Source of the DNA: the human T2T-CHM13v2.0 reference genome, Homo sapiens
Assembly: GCF_009914755.1 (NCBI RefSeq)
Contig: NC_060926.1
Strand: one strand, 5' to 3'
DNA length: 64,000 nt
The position numbers and the translations under genes were made by a program. The notes below the pieces were generated by a model. The model saw only the letters and a list, made by a program, of their open reading frames with translations. It searched no databases and was not told the DNA's origin. Of this stretch, positions 26,001 to 38,663 are shown one piece after another; positions within the stretch are counted from its first letter, which is position 1, and every line of letters starts with the position of its first letter.

Positions 26001-29000
26001 ACCTTTCTTTTGATAGAGCAGTTTTGAAACACTCTTTTTGTAATATCTGCAAGAGGATATTTGGATAGCTTTGAGGATTTCGTTGGAAACGGGATTAATT
26101 ATAAAAAGCAGACAGCAGCATTCCCAGAATCTTGTTTGTGATGTTTGCATTCAAGTCACAGAGTTGAACATTCCCTTTCAGAGAGCAGGTTTGAAACACT
26201 CTTTTTATAGTATCTGGATGTGGACATTTGGAGCGCTTTCAGGCCTATGGTGAGAAAGGAAATATCTTCTCCTGAAAACTAGACAGAAGCTTTCTCAGAA
26301 TCTTATTTGTGATGTGCGCCCTCAACTAACAGTGTTGAAGCTTTCTTTTGATAGAGCAGTTTTGAAACACTCTTTTCGTAAAATCTGCAAGAGGATATTT
26401 TGATAGCTTTGAGGATTTCGTTGGAAACGGGATTGTCTTCATATAAACTCTAGACAGAAGCATTCTCAGAAGCTTCATTGGGATGTTTCAATTGAAGTCA
26501 CAGTGTTGAACAGTCCCTTTCATAGAGCAGGTTTGAAACACTCTTTTTGTAGTATCTGGAAGTGGACATTTGGAGAGATCTCAGGAATACGGTGATAAAG
26601 GAAATATCTTCCAATAAAAGCTAGATAGAAGCAATGTCAGAAACTTTTTCATGATGTATCTACTCAGCTAACAGAGTTGAACCTTTCTTTTGAGAGAGCA
26701 GTTTTGAAACACTCTTTTTGTGGAATCTGCAAGTGGATATTTGTCTAGCTTTGAGGATTTCGTTGGAAACGGGATTACATATAAAAAGCAGACAGCAGCA
26801 TTCCCAGTAACTTCTTTGTGATGTTTGCATTCAAGTCACAGAGTTGAACATTCCCTTTCATAGAGCAGGTTTGAAACATTTTTTTTGTAGTATCTGGATG
26901 TGGACATTTGGAGCGCTTTCAGGCCTATGGTGAAAAAGGAAATATCTTCCAATAAAAGCTACATAGAAGCAATGTCAGAAACTTTTTCATGATGTATCTA
27001 CCCAGCGAACAGAGTTGAACCTTTCTTTTGAGAGAGCAGTTTTGAAACACTCTTTTTGTGGAATCTGGAAGTGGATATTTGTCTAGCTTTGAGGATTTCG
27101 TTGGAAACGGGATTACATATAAAAAGCAGACAGCAGCATTCCCAGTAACTTCTTTGTGATGTTTGCATTCAAGTCACAGAGTTGAACATTCCCTTTCATA
27201 GAGCAGGTTTGAAACACTCTTTTTGTAGTATCTGGATGTGGACATTTGGAGCGCTTTCAGGCCTATGGTGAAAAAGGAAATATCTTCCCCAGAAAACTAG
27301 ACAGAAGCATTCTCAGAATCTTATTTGTGATGTGCGCCCTCAACTAACAGTGTTGAAGCTTTCTTTTGATAGAGCAGTTTTGAAACCCTCTTTTTGTAAT
27401 ATCTGCAAGAGGATATTTGGATAGCTTTGAGGATTTCGTTGGAAACGGGATTGTCTTCATATAAACTCTAGACAGAAGCATTCCCAGAAGCTACATTGGG
27501 ATGTTTCAATTGAAGTCACAGTGTTGAACAGTTCCTTTCATAGAACAGGTTTGAAACACTCTTTTTGTAGTATCTGGAAGTGGAGATTTGGAGCGCTCTC
27601 AGGACTATGGTGAAAAAGGAAATATCTTCCAATAAAAGCTACATAGAAGCAATGTCAGAAACTTTTTCATGATGTATCTACTCAGCTAACAGAGTTGAAC
27701 CTTTCCTTTGAGAGAGCAGTTTTGAAACACTCTTTTTGTGGAATCTGCAAGTGGATATTTGTCTAGCTTTGAGGATTTCTTTGGAAACGGGATTACATAT
27801 AAAAAGCAGACAGCAGCATTCCCAGTAACTTCTTTGTGATGTTTGCATTCAAGTCACAGAGTTGAACATTCCCTTTCATAGAGCAGGTTTGAAACACTCT
27901 TTTTGTAGTATCTGGATGTGGACATTTGGAGCGCTTTCAGGCCTAGGGTGAAAAAGGAAATATCTTCCCCTGAAAACTAGACAGAAGCATTCTCAGAAAC
28001 TTATTTGTGATGTGCGCCCTCAACTAACAGTGTTGAACCTTTCTTTTGATAGAGCAGTTTTGAAACACTCTTTTTGTAATATCTGCAAGAGGATATTTGG
28101 ATAGCTTTGAGGATTTCGTTGGAAACGGGATTACATATAAAAAGCAGACAGCAGCATTCCCAGAATCTTGTTTGTGATGTTTGCATTCAAGTCACAGAGT
28201 TGAACATTCCCTTTCAGAGAGCAGGTTTGAAACACTCTTTTTATAGTATCTGGATGTGGACATTTGGAGCGCTTTCAGGCCTATGGTGAAAAAGGAAATA
28301 TCTTCTCCTGTAAACTAGACAGAAGCATTCTCAGAATCTTATTTGTGATGTGCGCCCTCAACTAACAGTGTTGAAGCTTTCTTTTGATAGAGCAGTTTTG
28401 AAACACTCTTTTCGTAAAATCTGCAGGAGGATATTTTGATAGCTTTGAGGATTTCGTTGGAAACGGGATTGTCTTCATATAAACTCTAGACAGAAGCATT
28501 CTCAGAAGCTTCGTTGGGATGTTTCAATTGAAGTCACAGTGTTGAACAGTTCCTTTCATAGAACAGGTTTGAAACACTCTTTTTGTAGTATCTGGAAGTG
28601 GACATTTGGAGCGCTCTCAGGACTGCGGTGAAAAAGGATATATCTTCCAATAAAAGCTAGATAGAAGCAATGTCAGAAACTTTTTCATGATGTATCTACT
28701 CAGCTAACAGAGTTGAACCTTTCCTTTCAGAGAGCAGTTTTGAAACACTCTTTTTGTGGAATCTGCAAGTGGATATTTGTCTAGCTTTGAGGATTTCGTT
28801 GGAAACGGGATTACATATAAAAAGCAGACAGCAGCATTCCCAGAAACTTCTTTGTGATGTTTGCATTCACGTCACAGAGTTGAACATTCCCTTTCATAGA
28901 GCAGGTTTGAAACACTCTTTTTGTAGTATCTGGATGTGGACATTTGGAGCGCTTTCAGGCCTATGGTGAAAAAGGAAATATCTTCCCCTGAAAACTAGAC

Positions 29001-32000
29001 AGAAGCATTCTCAGAAACTTATTTGTGATGTGCGCCCTCAACTAACAGTGTTGAACCTTTCTTTTGATAGAGTAGTTTTGAAACACTCTTTTTGTAATAT
29101 CTGCAAGAGGATATTTGGATAGCTTTGAGGATTTCGTTGGAAACGGGATTAATTATAAAAACCAGACAGCAGCATTCCCAGAATCTTGTTTGTGATGTTT
29201 GCATTCAAGTCACAGAGTTGAACATTCCCTTTCAGAGAGCAGGTTTGAAACACTCTTTTTATAGTATCTGGATGTGGACATTTGGAGCGCTTTCAGGCCT
29301 ATGGTGAAAAAGGAAATATCTTCTCCTGAAAACTAGACAGAAGCTTTCTCAGAATCTTATTTGTGATGTGCGCCCTCAACTAACAGTGTTGAAGCTTTCT
29401 TTTGATAGAGCAGTTTTGAAACACTCTTTTCGTAAAATCTGCAAGAGGATATTTTGATAGCTTTGAGGATTTCGATGGAAACGGGATTGTCTTCATATAA
29501 ACTCTAGACAGAAGCATTCTCAGAAGCTTCATTGGGATGTTTCAATTGAAGTCACAGTGTTGAACAGTCCCTTTCATAGAGCAGGTTTGAAACACTCTTT
29601 TTGTAGTATCTGGAAGTGGACATTTGGAGCGCTCTCAGGACTAGGGTGAAAAAGGAAATATCTTCCAATAAAAGCTAGATAGAAGCAATGTCAGAAACTT
29701 TTTCATGATGTATCTACTCAGCTAACAGAGTTGAACCTTTCCTTTGAGAGAGCAGTTTTGAAACACTCTTTTTGTGGAATCTGCAAGTGGATATTTGTCT
29801 AGCTTTGAGGATTTCGTTGGAAACGGGATTACATATAAAAAGCAGACAGCAGCATTCCCAGTAACTTCTTTGTGATGTTTGCATTCAAGTCACAGAGTTG
29901 AACATTCCCTTTCATAGAGCAGGTTTGAAACACTCTTTTTGTAGTATCTGGATGTGGACATTTGGAGCGCTTTCAGGCCTATGGTGAAAAAGGAAATATC
30001 TTCCCCTGAAAACTAGACAGAAGCATTCTCAGAAACTTATTTGTGATGTGCGCCCTCAACTAACAGTGTTGAACCTTTCTTTTGATAGAGCAGTTTTGAA
30101 ACACTCTTTTTGTAATATCTGCAAGAGGATATTTGGATAGCTTTGAGGATTTCGTTGGAAACGGGATTACTTATAAAAAGCAGACAGCAGCATTCCCAGA
30201 ATCTTGTTTGTGATGTTTGCATTCAAGTCACAGAGTTGAACATTCCCTTTCAGAGAGCAGGTTTGAAACACTCTTTTTATAGTATCTGGATGTGGACATT
30301 TGGAGCGCTTTCAGGCCTATGGTGAAAAAGGAAATATCTTCTCCTGTAAACTAGACAGAAGCATTCTCAGAAACTTATTTGTGATGTGCGCCCTCAACTA
30401 ACAGTGTTGAAGCTTTCTTTTGATAGAGCAGTTTTGAAACACTCTTTTTGTAAAATCTGCAAGAGGATATTTGGATAGCTTTGAGGATTTCGTTGGAAAC
30501 GGGATTGTCTTCATATAAACTCTAGACAGAAGCATTCTCAGAAGCTTCATTGGGATGTTTCAATTGAAGTCACAGTGTTGAACAGTCCCTTTCATAGAGC
30601 AGGTTTGAAACACTCTTTTTGTAGTATCTGGAAGTGGACATTTGGAACGCTCTCAGGACTGCGGTGAAAAAGGAAATATCTTCCAATAAAAGCTAGATAG
30701 AAGCAATGTCAGAAACTTTTTCATGATGTATCTACTCAGCTAACAGAGTTGAACCTTTCTTTTGAGAGAGCAGTTTTGAAACACTCTTTTTGTGGAATCT
30801 GCAAGTGGATATTAGTCTAGCTTTGAGGATTTCGTTGGAAACGGGATTACATATAAAAAGCAGACAGCAGCATTCCCAGTAACTTCTTTGTGATGTTTGC
30901 ATTCAAGTCACAGAGTTGAACATTCCCTTTCATAGAGCAGGTTTGAAACACTTTTTTTGTAGTATCTGGATGTGGATATTTGGAGCGCTTTCAGGCCTAT
31001 GGTGAAAAAGGAAATATCTTCCAATAAAAGCTACATAGAAGCAATGTCAGAAACTTTTTCATGATGTATCTACTCAGCTAACAGAGTTGAACCTTTCTTT
31101 TGAGAGAGCAGTTTTGAAACACTCTTTTTGTGTAATCTGAAAGTGGATATTTGTCTAGCTTTGAGGATTTCGTTGGAAACGGGATTACATATAAAAAGCA
31201 GACAGCAGCATTCCCAGTAACTTCTTTGTGATGTTTGCATTCAAGTCACAGAGTTGAACATTCCCTTTCATAGAGCAGGTTTGAAACACTCTTTTTGTAG
31301 TATCTGGATGTGGACATTTGGAGCGCTTTCAGGCCTATTGTGAAAAAGGAAATATCTTCCCCTGAAAACTAGACAGAAGCATTCTCAGAAACTTATTTGT
31401 GATGTGCGCCCTCAACTAACAGTGTTGAAGCTTTCTTTTGATAGAGCAGTTTTGAAACACTCTTTTTGTAATATCTGCAAGAGGATATTTGGATAGCTTT
31501 GAGGATTTCGTTGGAAACGGGATTGTCTTCATATAAACTCTAGACAGAAGCATTCCCAGAAGCTTCATTGGGATGTTTCAATTGAAGTCACAGTGTTGAA
31601 CAGTTCCTTTCATAGAACAGGTTTGAAACACTCTTTTTGTAGTATCTGGAAGTGGACATTTGGAGCGCTCTCAGGACTGTGGTGAAAAAGGAAATATCTT
31701 CCAATAAAAGCTACATAGAAGCAATGTCAGAAACTTTTTCATGATGTATCTACTCAGCTAACAGAGTTGAACCTTTCCTTTAAGAGAGCAGTTTTGAAAC
31801 ACTCTTTTTGTGGAATCTGCAAGTGGATATTTGTCTAGCTTTGAGGATTTCTTTGGAAACGGGATTACATATAAAAAGCAGACAGCAGCATTCCCAGTAA
31901 CTTCTTTGTGATGTTTGCATTCAAGTCACAGAGTTGAACATTCCCTTTCATAGAGCAGGTTTGAAACACTCTTTTTGTAGTATCTGGATGTGGACATTTG

Positions 32001-35000
32001 GAGCGCTTTCAGGCCTAGGGTGAAAAAGGAAATATCTTCCCCTGTAAACTAGACAGAAGCATTCTCAGAAACTTATTTGTGATGTGCGCCCTCAACTAAC
32101 AGTGTTGAACCTTTCTTTTGATAGAGCAGTTTTGAAACACTCTTTTTGTAATATCTGCAAGAGGATATTTGGATAGCTTTGAGGATTTCGTTGGAAACGG
32201 GATTACATATAAAAAGCAGACAGCAGCATTCCCAGAATCTTGTTTGTGATGTTTGCATTCAAGTCACAGAGTTGAACATTCCCTTTCAGAGAGCAGGTTT
32301 GAAACACTCCTTTTATAGTATCTGGATGTGGACATTTGGAGCGCTTTCAGGCCTATGGTGAAAAAGGAAATATCTTCTCCTGTAAACTAGACAGAAGCAT
32401 TCTCAGAATCTTATTTGTGATGTGCGCCCTCAACTAACAGTGTTGAAGCTTTCTTTTGATAGAGCAGTTTTGAAACACTCTTTTCGTAAAATCTGCAGGA
32501 GGATATTTTGATAGCTTTGAGGATTTCGTTGGAAACGGGATTGTCTTCATATAAACTCTAGACAGAAGCATTCTCAGAAGCTTCGTTGGGATGTTTCAAT
32601 TGAAGTCACAGTGTTGAACAGTTCCTTTCATAGAACAGGTTTGAAACACTCTTTTTGTAGTATCTGGAAGTGGACATTTGGAGCGCTCTCAGGACTGCGG
32701 TGAAAAAGGATATATCTTCCAATAAAAGCTAGATAGAAGCAATGTCAGAAACTTTTTCATGATGTATCTACTCAGCTAACAGAGTTGAACTTTTCCTTTC
32801 AGAGAGCAGTTTTGAAACACTCTTTTTGTGGAATCTGCAAGTGGATATTTGTCTAGCTTTGAGGATTTCGTTGGAAACGGGATTACATATAAAAAGCAGA
32901 CAGCAGCATTCCCAGAAACTTCATTGTGATGTTTGCATTCACGTCACAGAGTTGAACATTCCCTTTCATAGAGCAGGTTTGAAACACTCTTTTTGTAGTA
33001 TCTGGATGTGGACATTTGGAGCGCTTTCAGGCCTATGGTGAAAAAGGAAATATCTTCCCCTGAAAACTAGACAGAAGCATTCTCAGAAACTTATTTGTGA
33101 TGTGCGCCCTCAACTAACAGTGTTGAACCTTTCTTTTGATAGAGCAGTTTTGAAACACTCTTTTTGTAATATCTGCAAGAGGATATTTGGATAGCTTTGA
33201 GGATTTCGTTGGAAACGGGATTAATTATAAAAAGCAGACAGCAGCATTCCCAGAATCTTGTTTGTGATGTTTGCATTCAAGTCACAGAGTTGAACATTCC
33301 CTTTCAGAGAGCAGGTTTGAAACACTCTTTTTATAGTATCTGGATGTGGACATTTGGAGCGCTTTCAGGCCTATGGTGAGAAAGGAAATATCTTCTCCTG
33401 AAAACTAGACAGAAGCTTTCTCAGAATCTTATTTGTGATGTGCGCCCTCAACTAACAGTGTTGAAGCTTTCTTTTGATAGAGCAGTTTTGAAACACTCTT
33501 TTCGTAAAATCTGCAAGAGGATATTTTGATAGCTTTGAGGATTTCGTTGGAAACGGGATTGTCTTCATATAAACTCTAGACAGAAGCATTCTCAGAAGCT
33601 TCATTGGGATGTTTCAATTGAAGTCACAGTGTTGAACAGTCCCTTTCATAGAGCAGGTTTGAAACACTCTTTTTGTAGTATCTGGAAGTGGACATTTGGA
33701 GAGATCTCAGGAATACGGTGATAAAGGAAATATCTTCCAATAAAAGCTAGATAGAAGCAATGTCAGAAACTTTTTCATGATGTATCTACTCAGCTAACAG
33801 AGTTGAACCTTTCTTTTGAGAGAGCAGTTTTGAAACACTCTTTTTGTGGAATCTGCAAGTGGATATTTGTCTAGCTTTGAGGATTTCGTTGGAAACGGGA
33901 TTACATATAAAAAGCAGACAGCAGCATTCCCAGTAACTTCTTTGTGATGTTTGCATTCAAGTCACAGAGTTGAACATTCCCTTTCATAGAGCAGGTTTGA
34001 AACATTTTTTTTGTAGTATCTGGATGTGGACATTTGGAGCGCTTTCAGGCCTATGGTGAAAAAGGAAATATCTTCCAATAAAAGCTACATAGAAGCAATG
34101 TCAGAAACTTTTTCATGATGTATCTACCCAGCGAACAGAGTTGAACCTTTCTTTTGAGAGAGCAGTTTTGAAACACTCTTTTTGTGGAATCTGGAAGTGG
34201 ATATTTGTCTAGCTTTGAGGATTTCGTTGGAAACGGGATTACATATAAAAAGCAGACAGCAGCATTCCCAGTAACTTCTTTGTGATGTTTGCATTCAAGT
34301 CACAGAGTTGAACATTCCCTTTCATAGAGCAGGTTTGAAACACTCTTTTTGTAGTATCTGGATGTGGACATTTGGAGCGCTTTCAGGCCTATGGTGAAAA
34401 AGGAAATATCTTCCCCAGAAAACTAGACAGAAGCATTCTCAGAATCTTATTTGTGATGTGCGCCCTCAACTAACAGTGTTGAAGCTTTCTTTTGATAGAG
34501 CAGTTTTGAAACCCTCTTTTTGTAATATCTGCAAGAGGATATTTGGATAGCTTTGAGGATTTCGTTGGAAACGGGATTGTCTTCATATAAACTCTAGACA
34601 GAAGCATTCCCAGAAGCTTCATTGGGATGTTTCAATTGAAGTCACAGTGTTGAACAGTTCCTTTCATAGAACAGGTTTGAAACACTCTTTTTGTAGTATC
34701 TGGAAGTGGACATTTGGAGCGCTCTCAGGACTATGGTGAAAAAGGAAATATCTTCCAATAAAAGCTACATAGAAGCAATGTCAGAAACTTTTTCATGATG
34801 TATCTACTCAGCTAACAGAGTTGAACCTTTCCTTTGAGAGAGCAGTTTTGAAACACTCTTTTTGTGGAATCTGCAAGTGGATATTTGTCTAGCTTTGAGG
34901 ATTTCTTTGGAAACGGGATTACATATAAAAAGCAGACAGCAGCATTCCCAGTAACTTCTTTGTGATGTTTGCATTCAAGTCACAGAGTTGAACATTCCCT

Positions 35001-36755
35001 TTCATAGAGCAGGTTTGAAACACTCTTTTTGTAGTATCTGGATGTGGACATTTGGAGCGCTTTCAGGCCTAGGGTGAAAAAGGAAATATCTTCCCCTGAA
35101 AACTAGACAGCAGCATTCTCAGAAACTTATTTGTGATGTGCGCCCTCAACTAACAGTGTTGAACCTTTCTTTTGATAGAGCAGTTTTGAAACACTCTTTT
35201 TGTAATATCTGCAAGAGGATATTTGGATAGCTTTGAGGATTTCGTTGGAAACGGGATTACATATAAAAAGCAGACAGCAGCATTCCCAGAATCTTGTTTG
35301 TGATGTTTGCATTCAAGTCACAGAGTTGAACATTCCCTTTCAGAGAGCAGGTTTGAAACACTCTTTTTATAGTATCTGGATGTGGACATTTGGAGCGCTT
35401 TCAGGCCTATGGTGAAAAAGGAAATATCTTCTCCTGTAAACTAGACAGAAGCATTCTCAGAATCTTATTTGTGATGTGCGCCCTCAACTAACAGTGTTGA
35501 AGCTTTCTTTTGATAGAGCAGTTTTGAAACACTCTTTTCGTAAAATCTGCAGGAGGATATTTTGATAGCTTTGAGGATTTCGTTGGAAACGGGATTGTCT
35601 TCATATAAACTCTAGACAGAAGCATTCTCAGAAGCTTCGTTGGGATGTTTCAATTGAAGTCACAGTGTTGAACAGTTCCTTTCATAGAACAGGTTTGAAA
35701 CACTCTTTTTGTAGTATCTGGAAGTGGACATTTGGAGCGCTCTCAGGACTGCGGTGAAAAAGGATATATCTTCCAATAAAAGCTAGATAGAAGCAATGTC
35801 AGAAACTTTTTCATGATGTATCTACTCAGCTAACAGAGTTGAACCTTTCCTTTCAGAGAGCAGTTTTGAAACACTCTTTTTGTGGAATCTGCAAGTGGAT
35901 ATTTGTCTAGCTTTGAGGATTTCGTTGGAAACGGGATTACATATAAAAAGCAGACAGCAGCATTCCCAGAAACTTCTTTGTGATGTTTGCATTCACGTCA
36001 CAGAGTTGAACATTCCCTTTCATAGAGCAGGTTTGAAACACTCTTTTTGTAGTATCTGGATGTGGACATTTGGAGCGCTTTCAGGCCTATGGTGAAAAAG
36101 GAAATATCTTCCCCTGAAAACTAGACAGAAGCATTCTCAGAAACTTATTTGTGATGTGCGCCCTCAACTAACAGTGTTGAACCTTTCTTTTGATAGAGTA
36201 GTTTTGAAACACTCTTTTTGTAATATCTGCAAGAGGATATTTGGATAGCTTTGAGGATTTCGTTGGAAACGGGATTAATTATAAAAACCAGACAGCAGCA
36301 TTCCCAGAATCTTGTTTGTGATGTTTGCATTCAAGTCACAGAGTTGAACATTCCCTTTCAGAGAGCAGGTTTGAAACACTCTTTTTATAGTATCTGGATG
36401 TGGACATTTGGAGCGCTTTCAGGCCTATGGTGAAAAAGGAAATGTCTTCTCCTGAAAACTAGACAGAAGCTTTCTCAGAATCTTATTTGTGATGTGCGCC
36501 CTCAACTAACAGTGTTGAAGCTTTCTTTTGATAGAGCAGTTTTGAAACACTCTTTTCGTAAAATCTGCAAGAGGATATTTTGATAGCTTTGAGGATTTCG
36601 ATGGAAACGGGATTGTCTTCATATAAACTCTAGACAGAAGCATTCTCAGAAGCTTCATTGGGATGTTTCAATTGAAGTCACAGTGTTGAACAGTCCCTTT
36701 CATAGAGCAGGTTTGAAACACTCTTTTTGTAGTATCTGGAAGTGGACATTTGGAG
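17071..36755 (+). repeat. 7126-bp (42-monomer) tandem super-repeat, ~2.76 copies
   Basis: Rare variants recur at exact +7126 offsets: ATTGTG at 17085/24211/31337, TTCT box at 17600/24726/31852, TTCGAT at 22349/29475/36601. The ORF track shows the same offset (17821/24947/32073). Confidence 0.93.
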
Positions 36756-38663
36756 AGATCTCAGGAATACGGTGATAAAGGAAATATCTTCCAATAAAAG
36801 CTAGATAGAAGCAATGTCAGAAACTTTTTCATGATGTATCTACTCAGCTAACAGAGTTGAACCTTTCATTTGAGAGAGCAGTTTTGAAACACTCTTTTTG
36901 TGGAATCTGCAAGTGGATATTTGTCTAGCTTTGAGGATTTCGTTGGAAACGGGATTACATATAAAAAGCAGACAGCAGCATTCCCAGTAACTTCTTTGTG
37001 ATGTTTGCATTCAAGTCACAGAGTTGAACATTCCCTTTCATAGAGCAGGTTTGAAACACTTTTTTTGTAGTATCTGGATGTGGACATTTGGAGCGCTTTC
37101 AGGCCTATGGTGAAAAAGGAAATATCTTCCAATAAAAGCTACATAGAAGCAATGTCAGAAACTTTTTCATGATGTATCTACTCAGCTAACAGAGTTGAAC
37201 CTTTCTTTTGAGAGAGCAGTTTTGAAACACTCTTTTTGTGGAATCTGGAAGTGGATATTTGTCTAGCTTTGAGGATTTCGTTGGAAACGGGATTACATAT
37301 AAAAAGCAGACAGCAGCATTCCCAGTAACTTCTTTGTGATGTTTGCATTCAAGTCACAGAGTTGAACATTCCCTTTCATAGAGCAGGTTTGAAACACTCT
37401 TTTTGTAGTATCTGGATGTGGACATTTGGAGCGCTTTCAGGCCTATGGTGAAAAAGGAAATATCTTCCCCAGAAAACTAGACAGAAGCATTCTCAGAATC
37501 TTATTTGTGATGTGCGCCCTCAACTAACAGTGTTGAAGCTTTCTTTTGATAGAGCAGTTTTGAAACCCTCTTTTCGTAAAATCTGCAAGAGGATATTTTG
37601 ATAGCTTTGAGGATTTCGTTGGAAACGGGATTGTCTTCATATAAACTCTAGACAGAAGCATTCTCAGAAGCTTCATTGGGATGTTTCAATTAAAGTCACA
37701 GTGTTGAACAGTCCCTTTCATAGAGCAGGTTTGAAACACTCTTTTTGTAGTATCTTGAAGTGGACATTTGGAACGCTCTCAGGAGTGCGGTGAAAAAGGA
37801 AATATCTTCCAATAAAAGCTAGATAGAAGCAATGTCAGAAACTTTTTCATGATGTATCTACTCAGCTAACAGAGTTGAACCTTCATTTGAGAGAGCAGTT
37901 TTGAAACACTCGTTTTGTGGAATCTGCAAGTGGATATTTGTCTAGCTTTGAGGATTTCGTTGGAAACGGGATTACATATAAAAAGCAGACAGCAGCATTC
38001 CCAGAAACTTCTTTGTGATGTTTGCATTCAAGTCACAGAGTTGAACATTCCCTTTCATAGAGCAGGTTTGAAACACTCTTTTTGTAGTATCTGGATGTGG
38101 ACTTTTGCAGCGCTTTCAGGCCTAAGGTGAAAAAGGAAATATCTTCCCCTGAAAACTAGACAGAAGCATTCTCAGAAACTTATTTGTGATGTGCGCCCTC
38201 AACTAACAGTGTTGAAGCTTTCTTTTGATAGAGCAGTTTTGAAACACTCTTTTTGTAATATCTGCAAGAGGATATTTGGATAGCTTTGAGGATTTCGTTG
38301 GAAACGGGATTAATTATAAAAAGCAGACAGCAGCATTCCCAGAATCTTGTTTGTGATGTTTGCATTCAAGTCACAGAGTTGAACATTCCCTTTCAGAGAG
38401 CAGGTTTGAAACACTCTTTTTATAGTATCTGGATGTGGACATTTGGAGCGCTTTCAGGCCTATGGTGAAAAAGGAAATATCTTCTCCTGAAAACTAGACA
38501 GAAGCATTCTCAGAATCTTATTGGTGATGTGCGCCCTCAACTAACAGTGTTGAAGCTTTCTTTTGATAGAGCAGTTTTGAAACACTCTTTTCGTAAAATC
38601 TGCAAGGGGATATTTGGATAGCTTTGAGGATTTCGTTGGAAACGGGATTGTCTTCATATAAAC
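17287..38663 (+). repeat. Run of 21 consecutive 6-mer HOR variants
   Basis: TCTAGA at 17287, 18305, 19323, 20341, 21359 ... 36629, 37647 (all +1018), then 38664 (+1017). Confidence 0.92.

Noticed and set aside
17071-36755. Claim that this is the kinetochore (CENP-A) site, or that the triplication is an assembly artefact
   Set aside because: Kinetochore position is epigenetic and cannot be read from sequence. The copies carry private SNPs, which argues against a simple artefact, though read validation is still needed.
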